A stretch of 64,000 bases of DNA from Dehalococcoidia bacterium (GTDB lineage: Bacteria > Chloroflexota > Dehalococcoidia > Lucifugimonadales > Australimonadaceae), in assembly GCA_965220655.1 (NCBI GenBank), contig CBDCQO010000012.1:102931-166930 (forward strand), given 5' to 3'. Of the stretch, positions 1 through 9,446 are shown piece after piece. The position numbers and the translations under genes are program-made. Under the pieces are notes generated by a model. The model saw nothing but the letters and a program-made list of their open reading frames with translations. It did no database searches and had not been told where the DNA came from. Position 1 is the first letter of the stretch; every line of letters begins with the position of its first letter.

Positions 1-1700
1 CGAAGCACGGGCGGGCGCCCGCCAGTTACCCTCACCCCGACCTGCAGGAGATCCTGAACGAGACGTACGGGGTGATCGTCTACCAGGACCAGGTGCTCCA
101 CATCATGCGGCAGTTCGCGGGCTATTCGCTCGGCGAAGCGGACGTGGTGCGGAAGGCGATGGGGAAGAAGATCGCCTCGCTGATGCAGCAGGAACGCGAG
201 AGCTTCGTTGCGGGGGCACGGGAGAAGGGCTACGACGAACCAACCGCCGCCGCGGTCTTCGACCTGATCGAGCCGTTCGCGGGGTACGCGTTCAACAAGG
301 CGCACAGCGTGAGCTACGCCGTTGTCGCGTACTGGACGGCGTACTTCAAGGCGAACCACCCTGTGGAGTTTATGACGTGCGTCCTGAACGCGTACCAGGG
401 GAACGACCGGATGGGCCCCGCGGTTGCGGAGTGCTTGCGGCTGGGGATACCGGTACTGCCGCCGGACGTGAACCGGAGCGGCGTGGACTTCAGCGTGGAC
501 TGGGCGGACGGCGGCCGGGAGGCCGTGCGGTTCGGTCTTGCCTCGATCAAGAACATCGGGGCATCCGCGGTGGCGGAGCTGGTGGCGGAGCGCGATGAGA
601 ACGGCCCGTTCCAGTCGCTGGAGGACTTCTGCAGGCGCGCCGGGTCGGAAGCCGCGAACCGGCGCGTGGTGGAAAGTCTGGCGAAGGTGGGAGCGCTCGG
701 CGCTTTCGGGTCCCGGGGGCAACTCACTGCGGGCGCAGACAACATCGTCCACCTGATGCAACGGGAGGCACGCCTGCGCGACAGCGGCCAGTCCACGATG
801 TTCGACATGTTCGGCGCATCTGCGCCAACGCCCCTGGCGGAGATCGAGCTGCTGCCCGCGCCCGAACCGTCGGTACGGGAACTGGTCGCTTGGGAACGTG
901 AACTGATAGGCGTCGCGCTGGGGCATCGCGTGCTGGATCCGGTGAACGCGCCTGCAGGCGCGGCCCTCTCTCGCGAGGAGGTGGAGGCGTGCGCGGACGG
1001 AGACAAGGTGGTGCTGGCGGGCGAGGTAGCGTCGGTGCGTATCAGGCCGGACAAGCAGGGCAGGCAGATCTGCTTCGTGGGCTTGGAGATATTCGACGGC
1101 TCTGTTCTGGACGTGGCCGTCTGGAGCCGCGTGTTTGAGAAGACCGCCGAGCTGTGGGTAGAGGGCAATCTGGTGCAACTGAAGGGAGTGGTGCGTCACC
1201 GGGGGGACGAGACCTCGATACATTGCGACGAGGCGCTCGAGTTCGAACTCGCGGAGACGCCGGCCGACCCGCAGCCTGCTTCCGTGGCCGCCCCTGCCAC
1301 TCCAAAGGTAGAGGAGTGGAAACCGCCTGTAGAGGAACATGGGAGCGCGCTGTCGCATCCCCCTGCCAACGGCGTGGAGCCGGACTCGACGAATGGAACT
1401 GCGCACCACGAGGAGGGTCCATCAGTTGGCAGCCTCGATGAGGGGCAGCGCAAGGTCCTCGTGAAGATGAAAGAGACGGACCAGCCTTCCGAGGACAATC
1501 GCCTGCTCAAACTGGTGCTGCAGACGTTGATGGACTACCCCGGCACAGATGAGGTTGACCTCGTCATCGAGAGCGGGGGTCAGTTCTGGCGTATCAGCAT
1601 GCCGATCATCCGTACGCAGTACAGCGATGAGCTCGCAGCGCACGTCAACGGGATGTCGGACGCAGGCTTGAAGGTAGAGCTGGAGAGTACGGCAGCCTGA
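1..1700 (+). CDS. dnaE: DNA polymerase III alpha subunit, C-terminal part (5' end lies outside the window)
   Basis: Frame 3 is open from base 3 with no upstream stop. HPDLQEILNETYGVIVYQDQVLHIMRQFAGYSLGEADVVRKAMGKK and FAGYAFNKAHSVSYAVVAYWTAYFKANHP are conserved DnaE blocks. An OB-fold-like block VVLAGEVASVRIR follows. Stop TGA at 1698-1700. Confidence 0.93.
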   Translation, partial: KHGRAPASYPHPDLQEILNETYGVIVYQDQVLHIMRQFAGYSLGEADVVRKAMGKKIASLMQQERESFVAGAREKGYDEPTAAAVFDLIEPFAGYAFNKAHSVSYAVVAYWTAYFKANHPVEFMTCVLNAYQGNDRMGPAVAECLRLGIPVLPPDVNRSGVDFSVDWADGGREAVRFGLASIKNIGASAVAELVAERDENGPFQSLEDFCRRAGSEAANRRVVESLAKVGALGAFGSRGQLTAGADNIVHLMQREARLRDSGQSTMFDMFGASAPTPLAEIELLPAPEPSVRELVAWERELIGVALGHRVLDPVNAPAGAALSREEVEACADGDKVVLAGEVASVRIRPDKQGRQICFVGLEIFDGSVLDVAVWSRVFEKTAELWVEGNLVQLKGVVRHRGDETSIHCDEALEFELAETPADPQPASVAAPATPKVEEWKPPVEEHGSALSHPPANGVEPDSTNGTAHHEEGPSVGSLDEGQRKVLVKMKETDQPSEDNRLLKLVLQTLMDYPGTDEVDLVIESGGQFWRISMPIIRTQYSDELAAHVNGMSDAGLKVELESTAA

Positions 1701-2210
1701 TCAGGCGAGCGCCGCTTCCAGATTCAGCAGACGCGCTTTCATCTGCAGACCGGGGCCGCCGAACCCGTGCAGCCCGCCGTCCTTGCCGATCACGCGATGG
1801 CACGGGATAACGAGGGGGATGCGGTTCCGCGCCATGGCCTGACCTGCGGCGCGCACGGCTTTGATGTTTCCAGCGGAGGCTGCGAGCCACTCGTAGGTGC
1901 GCGTCTCTCCGGGAGGGATGGAGCGGCACGCATCCCATGCGCGGCGGAAGAAGGGGGCTACGCCGTCCAGGTCCAGGGGCACGTCCCATGTGGGGGCGTC
2001 GCCCTTCAGGTACGCCTCGAGTTGGGTGCGGTAGGCGTTGAACGCGTCCGGCACGTGCTCGGGGAGCGGGGCCCGCATACTGCGTTCCAGGTCGTCCAGG
2101 GCGCGATCGGGAGACGGCTCCGGGAGAGTGGCGTAGCGGATGCCCTTTTCCGATCCGGCGACTGCCACCCACCCCCAACCGGTCTCAAATACGTCGTAGT
2201 ACAGTTCCAT
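1701..2210 (-). CDS. ogt: Methylated-DNA--protein-cysteine methyltransferase
   Basis: 169 aa with the PCHRV active-site motif (IPLVIPCHRVIGKDG). Its stop codon directly abuts the dnaE stop. Confidence 0.9.
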   Translation of the reverse strand: MELYYDVFETGWGWVAVAGSEKGIRYATLPEPSPDRALDDLERSMRAPLPEHVPDAFNAYRTQLEAYLKGDAPTWDVPLDLDGVAPFFRRAWDACRSIPPGETRTYEWLAASAGNIKAVRAAGQAMARNRIPLVIPCHRVIGKDGGLHGFGGPGLQMKARLLNLEAALA

Positions 2211-2375
2211 CCGGCCGTGCCTCCTCGCTCAGCGTGCGGCAATTGTAAAGTATGGGGCGAGTGTTCGACAGACACGAAGCCGTGGTGTGCAGGATTTCAC
2301 ACGGGCACGCAACATTTGGTAGAGTTGCGGATGAGTCGTCGGAGGCTCGCCAATCCTGAGTAGGGGAGAAGCTAC

Positions 2376-2714
2376 ATGGATCTCAAGAGTACACGGGAAG
2401 GCTCGAATCTGATCGTGGACGTGGAAGGGCGCGTGGACGGGACGAACGCGATGGACTTCCAGACCGCGCTCGAGGGAGCAATCCAACCGAGTGACCAGGG
2501 CGTCATCATGGACATGGGGCAGTTGCAGTACATCAGCAGCGCGGGCCTTCGTGTCATCCTCCTGGTTGCCAAGTCGCTCCAGAAGCAGAACGCCAAACTG
2601 CTGGGGTGCTCTCTCTCTGAATCTGTCCGAGAGATATTCGCCATCAGCGGGTTCGACAAGATCGTACCGGTGCACGACTCCCGGACAGATGCGCTGAAGG
2701 CGCTCGAAGACTAA
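2376..2714 (+). CDS. STAS-domain anti-sigma-factor antagonist (SpoIIAA/RsbV-like)
   Basis: 112 aa. The block MGQLQYISSAGLRVILLVAK resembles the phospho-serine region of SpoIIAA-type proteins. A GGGGAG SD lies upstream. Confidence 0.85.
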   Translation: MDLKSTREGSNLIVDVEGRVDGTNAMDFQTALEGAIQPSDQGVIMDMGQLQYISSAGLRVILLVAKSLQKQNAKLLGCSLSESVREIFAISGFDKIVPVHDSRTDALKALED

Positions 2715-2811
2715 ACCTCAGGGTCGGGACCAACCTGGGGTCGGCACTGAATCGTCAGCCGGCGCCGGGTGGTTATTCAGGCTGCCCGCGAAGAACAGAC
2801 GCGAGGAGACG

Positions 2812-3984
2812 ATGTCTGAATCAGAAGGGGAAGCGTACAGGATACTGGTGGTTGACGACGAACCCGACGTAGAGCCGTTGATGCTACAGCGGATGCGGCG
2901 TCACATACGGTCCGGGCGCTACTCGTTCGTCTTCGCCCAGAACGGGATCGAGGCGCTCGATGTGCTCAACAGCGATCCGGAGATCGATATGGTGGTCTCG
3001 GACATCAACATGCCCAAGATGGATGGGCTGACGCTGCTGTCCCAGATATCGGAGTTGAACCCTGATCTCCGTGCGGTCATCGTCTCTGCCTACGGAGACA
3101 TGAAGAACATCCGCACCGCGATGAACCGCGGTGCGTTCGACTTCGTTACCAAGCCGCTCGACTTCGATGATCTGCAGGTGACGATAGAGCGCACGCTGGA
3201 GAACATGAAGGCGTGGAAGGAGGCGCTCTCCTCCCGTGACAAGCTGGTGTCGCTGCAGCGGGAGTTGGACGTGGCGAGCCAGATGCAGCAGTCGATCCTC
3301 CCGACGCAGTTCCCGCGCGGGGACGATTTCGAGGTATTCGGGAGCATGGAACCGGCGCGCAACGTTGGTGGGGACTTCTTCGACGTTGTGCTCCTGGATG
3401 ACGGCCAGATCGGCCTGGCCATCGCGGACGTGTCGGGCAAGGGCGTGCCGGCAGCGCTGTTCATGATGTCCAGCCGTACGCTGTTGAAGGGCTCTGCCAT
3501 CGGCCTGACTGAACCGGGGAAGGTGCTCCGGGAGGTGAACAATCTCCTCGCTGAGGACAACGAGTCCGCCATGTTCGTCACGGTGCTGTACGCGGTTTAC
3601 GACCCTGCGACCGGACACCTCTCCTACGCTAATGGAGGCCACAACCTGCCTGTGATCTTCCATAGCGACGGTAGTTGCACGGTGCTCCCTTACACAGAAG
3701 GGCTCGCATTGGCCGTCCTGGCGGGCGTCGAATTCGTGGAAGGGGAACTTACCCTGGCACCGGGCGATACGCTGGTCCTGTACACGGACGGTGTGACGGA
3801 GGCTATGGACGCGGTGAATGAAGAGTTCGGGATGGAGCGTCTGCAGGCGGTTTTCGCAGGGGGTGCGCCACAGAGCGCGGAGGCTGCGAACGAGGCGGTG
3901 TTCGCGGCTGTTCGAGAGTTCGTAAGTGGAGCGCCACAGTCGGACGACATCACATGTCTGACTCTGAGGCGTCGGGGAGCGTAG
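2812..3984 (+). CDS. Response regulator receiver fused to PP2C/SpoIIE-type serine phosphatase (RsbU/HsbR-like)
   Basis: Receiver blocks ILVVDDEPDV and VSDINMPKMDGL. Phosphatase blocks GGDFFDV, ADVSGKGVPAALFM, YTDGVTEA and SDDITCL. GAGGAG SD upstream. Confidence 0.9.
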   Translation: MSESEGEAYRILVVDDEPDVEPLMLQRMRRHIRSGRYSFVFAQNGIEALDVLNSDPEIDMVVSDINMPKMDGLTLLSQISELNPDLRAVIVSAYGDMKNIRTAMNRGAFDFVTKPLDFDDLQVTIERTLENMKAWKEALSSRDKLVSLQRELDVASQMQQSILPTQFPRGDDFEVFGSMEPARNVGGDFFDVVLLDDGQIGLAIADVSGKGVPAALFMMSSRTLLKGSAIGLTEPGKVLREVNNLLAEDNESAMFVTVLYAVYDPATGHLSYANGGHNLPVIFHSDGSCTVLPYTEGLALAVLAGVEFVEGELTLAPGDTLVLYTDGVTEAMDAVNEEFGMERLQAVFAGGAPQSAEAANEAVFAAVREFVSGAPQSDDITCLTLRRRGA

Positions 3985-3986
3985 GC

Positions 3987-4406
3987 ATGAGCAACGGGCT
4001 GGCCCTGACACTCGAGACGCGTCCCGAGGAGCTGGAACGGCTGACCGCTGCGATCGAAACGCTAGCCGAGCAGGACAACTGGCCTGCCGCGCTGACGTTC
4101 AGGGTGAACCTCGTCCTGGAAGAGCTGGTGCTCAACGTCATCAACTATGCCTATGACGAGGACGGGCACCATCTGGACGTTGAGCTTACGTGCAACGAAG
4201 AAGACCTGGTCATTGAGATCACGGACGAAGGGAAGCCCTTCGATCCGCTGCACGATGCCCCTGAACCGGACATGGAATCGCCGATGGAGGAACGCCGCAT
4301 AGGTGGATTGGGCGTTTACCTGGTGCGGACGATGACCTCCGACATGCAATACCGGCGGGAGGATGGCAAGAACCGCATGACCGTTGCCATGTCGAGGGAT
4401 GGATGA
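3987..4406 (+). CDS. RsbW/SpoIIAB-like serine protein kinase (anti-sigma-type HATPase)
   Basis: Motifs EELVLNVINYA, ITDEGKPFDP and GGLGVYLV. The ATG at 3987 follows a GGGGAG SD. An in-frame ATG at 3954 is an alternative start. Confidence 0.8.
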   Translation: MSNGLALTLETRPEELERLTAAIETLAEQDNWPAALTFRVNLVLEELVLNVINYAYDEDGHHLDVELTCNEEDLVIEITDEGKPFDPLHDAPEPDMESPMEERRIGGLGVYLVRTMTSDMQYRREDGKNRMTVAMSRDG

Positions 4407-5698
4407 AACGCGTGCCGCGTTCCGGGCGTACGCCCGGGTACATCGCAGCACTCTTCATCGTCGCGGGGCTGATTGGCTGTAACGGCGATGCAACAGCGTT
4501 GCCTACCCCTACTCCGCATCACGAGAAGGCTACCGCGACGCCGACCCCGGTAGACACGGGGACGCCCGGCGTGACCGATGATCAGGTACTGTTCGGACAG
4601 TCCGCTGCATTCAGCGGCCCGGCCGAGGAACTCGGTACCAACATGCGGCTGGGCATCCGGGCGGCGTTCCACGAAGCGAACCGGGCGGGGGGCGTACACG
4701 GGCGCTCACTGGAGTTGATCTCGCTGGATGACTCCTATGAACCAGAGAAAGCGGTTACGAACACGCTTCAGTTGATAGAGGATGAGCGTGTGTTCATGCT
4801 GATGGGAGCAGTGGGGACGCCTACGTCACGCTCCGCTACCCCCGTGTCCGTATCGGCGGGTGTACCCTATCTCGCGCCGTTCACAGGAGCGGAGTTCCTG
4901 CGAACCCTGGGGCCGGAGAACGTGATCAACGTCCGCGCCTCGTACAACCAGGAGACGGAGGAGATGGTCGAGCGTCTGACCAAGGACCTGGGCATCACGC
5001 GGATAGCGGTGATGTACCAGGACGACTCCTTCGGCCGCGCAGGCTACCAAGGGGCGGTAGACGCACTCCGGCGCAGAAACATGTCTCCGGTGGGCATCGG
5101 GCTGTATACGCGCAACACGACGGCGGTGAAGACCGCGCTGTTGGATATAGAGCGTTCGCTTCCCGAGGCAGTAATCATGGTAGGCGCCTACGAACCGGTG
5201 GCAACCTTCATCAGATGGGCGCGGCATATCGGGATGGACGTGCAGTTCATCAACATCTCCTTCGTCGGCAGCAACGCGCTGGCGCGGGAGCTCGGTCCCG
5301 ATGGCGCCGGAGTGTTCGTAACACAGGTGGTGCCTTTCCCGAACGATCTGTCGCAGCCCGTCGTGCGGGCTTACCGGAGTGCGCTCTCGTCGTATGACTC
5401 GAGTGCGGTGCCGGGCTTCGTATCGCTCGAAGGATACCTGGCAGGGCGTCTTGCGATAGCAGGGCTGGAAGGTTGTGGCCGTGACCTCACCCGCCAGTGT
5501 TTCCTGGATAGCCTGACCACTCCCGACATGATCGACCTGGATGGGTTCCGGCTGGGTTACGGGGAAGACGATAACCAAGGCTCAGATACGGTGTTCCTGA
5601 CCGTGCTCGGGCCTGACGGAGCGTATTATCCGATCCAGGCACTGGGGGACTTCCAGTTGCTGCAGGAAACCTGGGCGTTGCAGGACGTCGAGCCATGA
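4403..5698 (+). CDS. Lipoprotein, type-1 periplasmic binding fold (Leu/Ile/Val-binding-protein-like SBP)
   Basis: Lipobox AALFIVAGLIGC is followed by a Pro/Thr tether and then an SBP body (VLFGQSAAFSGPAEELG...). ATGA start/stop overlaps occur at both ends (4403-4406 and 5695-5698). Confidence 0.85.
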   Translation: MKRVPRSGRTPGYIAALFIVAGLIGCNGDATALPTPTPHHEKATATPTPVDTGTPGVTDDQVLFGQSAAFSGPAEELGTNMRLGIRAAFHEANRAGGVHGRSLELISLDDSYEPEKAVTNTLQLIEDERVFMLMGAVGTPTSRSATPVSVSAGVPYLAPFTGAEFLRTLGPENVINVRASYNQETEEMVERLTKDLGITRIAVMYQDDSFGRAGYQGAVDALRRRNMSPVGIGLYTRNTTAVKTALLDIERSLPEAVIMVGAYEPVATFIRWARHIGMDVQFINISFVGSNALARELGPDGAGVFVTQVVPFPNDLSQPVVRAYRSALSSYDSSAVPGFVSLEGYLAGRLAIAGLEGCGRDLTRQCFLDSLTTPDMIDLDGFRLGYGEDDNQGSDTVFLTVLGPDGAYYPIQALGDFQLLQETWALQDVEP

Positions 5699-7989
5699 TT
5701 CAACCACTCAGGTTCTTCAGATTGCCATCGCGCATATCCACACAGCTGCAGTTGGTGATCGCGGGAGCGGTTGCCCTCACGCTGGCTGCCAGTGTCGTGG
5801 GCTGGTTCTCGTTCACCCGGGTGAGCGAGGCGCAGAGCCTTGTGAATGACGCCAGCCTGCCGGAGATCACGACGGCGTTTCACGTGGCGGAGTCCGCCAA
5901 CGTGTTGGTGGCGGCGGCCCCGCGGTTGACGTCCGCCGAGGTGGAAGACTTCGCGGAGGTGGTGGCTGAGATCAACCAGGCGCACGGGGCATTCGAAGAA
6001 GAACTGGCTGCGCTGGAGGCTCAGGGGAGCGAGGAGGAGCGCCTCAATAGCATCCGTGAACAGGCAGACAGGCTGGTCGCCAATATCGATACGATCAAAT
6101 CGGAGATGCCGGATGTCTTCGCGCTGGAAGCTCGCAGCGATATTCTCCGGCAGGACCTGACGGCGGTCCAGGACGAACTTGACGGAGTCCTGATCCCGGC
6201 GCTGGATGACCAGCTCTTCTACCTGATGACGGGCTACACCAGCCTCGACGCGCCTCCTGTTTCGTCTGAGGAGTCCTTCTCCGGTGATCAGATCATCGAA
6301 TACCGGCGTCTCGCAGAGTTGCAGGGAGCCCTCAGCATCGCGGCGCAGGTGCTGGCAAGCGCCTTCACCGTCTCCGAGCCGGCGCTGGTAGAGCCGCTAC
6401 GGGAGCGGTTCGAGGCAGAGTTCGCCGCATTCAGGGGCGCTGAGAGCACGTTCCTGGGGCAGGTGAGTGAAGACCTGTTGGCGTCGCTTACCCCCCTGGC
6501 TGACCGACTCTACGACCTCGGTCTGGGTGAAGAGGAGGGAGGTTTCGCTCTGGTTCAGAGCGGGTTGGAGCTCACTGAGCGGCAGCGTGAGTTGCTCGCC
6601 CTCAACCGCACCATCGCGATCGAACTCGTGGAAGAGGTGGACAGTCTGGTCAGCGTGGCGAACCAGCATGCGGAGGCGGCGACACTCTCGTCCGACCAGT
6701 CCATCCGCACCGGGCGCCAGCTCCTTATCGCGATCGGCATCGTGAGTGTGACAGGAGCGCTGCTCATCGACTGGCTCTTCGTGTGGCGGGTACTGCTTCG
6801 GCGGCTGGCGTTCCTCTCTAACCGGATGCGCCGGATGGCCGGGGGCGAACTGGAGGAGGAAGTGGTCGTGAAGGGCCGGGACGAGGTAGCGGACATGGCT
6901 GCGGCGCTGGAAGTATTCCGCCGGAACGCCCTGGAGGTACAACGGCTGAACCTGGTTGAGCACCTGGCAGAGGAGTTGCGGGAAAAGAACGACGAGTTGG
7001 AGTCTGCGCTTTCAGATCTGGACAAAGCGCAGGACCAGATCGTCATGCGGGAGAAGCTGGCCGCGCTCGGTGAGCTGACCGCTGGAGTTGCCCACGAGAT
7101 CAGGAACCCGCTGAACTTCGTCAAGAACTTCTCAGAAGCGTCGGCAGAATTACTGGTGGAGTTGAAGGAAGCGGTCGATGACACCGGCGATGCGTTGACG
7201 GAGGACCAGAAGCAGTACATCGAGGAGATATCCGCCGATCTGATCGGCAACCTTCAGCGTATCCAGTCGCACGGCGAGCGAGCGAACCGCATCGTCCAGG
7301 ACATGCTGATGATGGGCAGAGGCGGGGGCGAAGCGCGTCCTATCGACATCAACGACCTCGTCAACGAACATGCCTCGCTGGCCTACCACAGCGCCCGGGC
7401 GCTGGACCCGGACTTCCAGCTCACCATCCGGCAGGAGTTCGATCCGGATGCCGGCGAGGTGGAAGCTATCCCCGGCGACCTTGGCCGCGTCTTCCTGAAC
7501 ATGGTGAGCAACGCCTGCTACGCCGTGGACGAGAAGCGGAAGCAGAGGGAAGCGGCAGGGGACAGGGACTACATGCCCGAGGTTACGCTGAAAACGAAAC
7601 GCACAGACGAATCGGTGGAAGTGCGTATCAGGGACAACGGGAGCGGAATACCCCAGGAGGCCATCGACAAGATATTCAATCCGTTCTTCACCACCAAGCC
7701 CACCGACAAGGGAACAGGGCTGGGGCTTGCGATCTCGAACGACATCGTCCGCCAGCATGGCGGAACGATAGCGGTTACGTCAGAGGCGGGCGAGTTCACC
7801 GAGATGCTGGTGACGCTGCCATTCAGGTACCCGGTGGTAACTGCTGAACACGAGGACGATGCCAGCGGTGACGATGACGCCAATGATGACGACGAAGCCG
7901 AGGGCGTTTCTGAGAGCGTCGACGATGAGGAGGATGACACAGGAGAGGGGCCGGACGAGGAGGCTGAAGACGACGGCGAGGCAGGCTAG
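5695..7989 (+). CDS. Sensor histidine kinase (TM, large extracytoplasmic helical domain, TM, HAMP, HisKA, HATPase) with an acidic C-terminal tail
   Basis: H-box AHEIRNPLNF, N-box NMVSNACYAV, G-boxes DNGSGIP and GTGLGLAIS. A HAMP-like segment follows TM2. The last ~46 residues are almost entirely Asp/Glu/Gly. Confidence 0.9.
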   Translation: MIQPLRFFRLPSRISTQLQLVIAGAVALTLAASVVGWFSFTRVSEAQSLVNDASLPEITTAFHVAESANVLVAAAPRLTSAEVEDFAEVVAEINQAHGAFEEELAALEAQGSEEERLNSIREQADRLVANIDTIKSEMPDVFALEARSDILRQDLTAVQDELDGVLIPALDDQLFYLMTGYTSLDAPPVSSEESFSGDQIIEYRRLAELQGALSIAAQVLASAFTVSEPALVEPLRERFEAEFAAFRGAESTFLGQVSEDLLASLTPLADRLYDLGLGEEEGGFALVQSGLELTERQRELLALNRTIAIELVEEVDSLVSVANQHAEAATLSSDQSIRTGRQLLIAIGIVSVTGALLIDWLFVWRVLLRRLAFLSNRMRRMAGGELEEEVVVKGRDEVADMAAALEVFRRNALEVQRLNLVEHLAEELREKNDELESALSDLDKAQDQIVMREKLAALGELTAGVAHEIRNPLNFVKNFSEASAELLVELKEAVDDTGDALTEDQKQYIEEISADLIGNLQRIQSHGERANRIVQDMLMMGRGGGEARPIDINDLVNEHASLAYHSARALDPDFQLTIRQEFDPDAGEVEAIPGDLGRVFLNMVSNACYAVDEKRKQREAAGDRDYMPEVTLKTKRTDESVEVRIRDNGSGIPQEAIDKIFNPFFTTKPTDKGTGLGLAISNDIVRQHGGTIAVTSEAGEFTEMLVTLPFRYPVVTAEHEDDASGDDDANDDDEAEGVSESVDDEEDDTGEGPDEEAEDDGEAG

Positions 7990-8007
7990 CGAACGGGAGC
8001 AGGGAGC

Positions 8008-9441
8008 ATGAACTTCGACTCCTATAACCTCGACGCTGCCATCTACGACGAGATGCTGCTGGCGGACGGGTCGCCGCGGGAGCACTCCCAGCAGCTTTAC
8101 GAGACGTTGCTGAGCCTCTCCCCCGAACGCTTGGGCAGCGTCCAGGAAGGAGTAGCCCGCTCTTTCCTGCACGAAGGGATCTTCTTCACGGTCTACGGAG
8201 ACGAGGAGGCCCAGGAACGGATCATCCCTGTGGACTGCGTGCCGCGAGTGCTTTCCGCATCAGAATGGACGTTGCTCGATTCAGGACTCGCCCAGCGCCT
8301 GCGTGCGCTCAACCGTTTCATCGATGACGTCTATAACGGCGCACACGCCATCGCCGACGGGGTGATCCCCGAAGACCTCGTCATCGGATGCCCGAACTAC
8401 CGTCCGGAGATGCTGGGCTACTCTCCTCCGGAAGGGGTCTGGGTGGGTATCTGCGGGTCGGACCTCCTTCGGACGCACGACGGCTTCTTCGTGCTGGAGG
8501 ACAACCTCCGGTCGCCTTCCGGCGTGTCGTACATGATTGCGACCCGCAACGCGGTGAAGGCGGGCTTGCGGCGGCTGTACCGTGCATCGCGTGTGCGGGA
8601 GGTCGAGCACTACGGGAACCTGCTGCAGCAGACGCTGAGTGAACTGGGGCCGAGGGGCAATCCCGACCCTACTATCGTGCTGCTGTCGCCGGGGGTGTAC
8701 AACGCGGCCTTCTACGAGCATATGTTCCTTGCCCATGAGATTGGGGCGGAACTGGTTGAAGGACGCGATCTGCTGACGCGCGACGGTTTCGTGTACATGC
8801 GAACGACCGTGGGGCTTCGCCGGGTAGACGTCATCTACCGCCGGGTGGACGACCTGTTCTTGGACCCGTTCGCCTTCCGTCCGGACTCGATGCTGGGCGT
8901 GCCGGGCCTGCTGGACGCGTGCAAACGCGGCAACGTCACGCTGGTCAACGCTCCGGGGGTCGGCGTTGCCGACGACAAGAGCGTCTACCCCTACGTGCCG
9001 GACATGATCCGCTATTACCTCGGCGAAGAGCCGATACTCGGCAACGTGGAGACGTACCTGTGCCGGCGCCCCGCCGATCTGGAGTACACGCTGGACAACC
9101 TGGACGAGCTGGTGGTGAAGCGGGTGGGCGAGTCCGGCGGGTATGGAATGCTCGTCGGGCCGCATGCCACACCCCAGGAGCGTGAAGAGTACGCGGAGCA
9201 GGTGCGGGCGAACCCGGCAGATTTCATCGCGCAGCCGGTGTTGACGTTCTCCCGTGCGCCCTGCCTTGTGGATGGCGAGCTGGAGCCGCGCCACGTTGAC
9301 CTCCGACCCTTCATCCTCCAGGGTCGCGAGACGCGGATCGTGCCGGGGGCCTTCTGTCGCGTGGCGCTGCGCCGCGGGAGCCTGGTGGTGAACTCCAGCC
9401 AGGGCGGGGGCGGCAAGGATGTCTGGGTACTGGAAGAGTGA
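8008..9441 (+). CDS. Circularly permuted ATP-grasp type 2 family protein
   Basis: 477 aa. Blocks VDVIYRRVDD, LVNAPGVGVADDKSVY and VVKRVGESGGYGM match my recollection of this family. It starts 18 nt after the kinase stop, and no hairpin lies between them. Confidence 0.8.
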   Translation: MNFDSYNLDAAIYDEMLLADGSPREHSQQLYETLLSLSPERLGSVQEGVARSFLHEGIFFTVYGDEEAQERIIPVDCVPRVLSASEWTLLDSGLAQRLRALNRFIDDVYNGAHAIADGVIPEDLVIGCPNYRPEMLGYSPPEGVWVGICGSDLLRTHDGFFVLEDNLRSPSGVSYMIATRNAVKAGLRRLYRASRVREVEHYGNLLQQTLSELGPRGNPDPTIVLLSPGVYNAAFYEHMFLAHEIGAELVEGRDLLTRDGFVYMRTTVGLRRVDVIYRRVDDLFLDPFAFRPDSMLGVPGLLDACKRGNVTLVNAPGVGVADDKSVYPYVPDMIRYYLGEEPILGNVETYLCRRPADLEYTLDNLDELVVKRVGESGGYGMLVGPHATPQEREEYAEQVRANPADFIAQPVLTFSRAPCLVDGELEPRHVDLRPFILQGRETRIVPGAFCRVALRRGSLVVNSSQGGGGKDVWVLEE

Positions 9442-9446
9442 GGCGG

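Noticed and set aside
1695-1706. The dnaE and ogt stop codons abut as the palindrome TGATCA, with no intergenic space.
   Set aside because: This is a curiosity of tight packing. No further structure or repeat supports a regulatory role.
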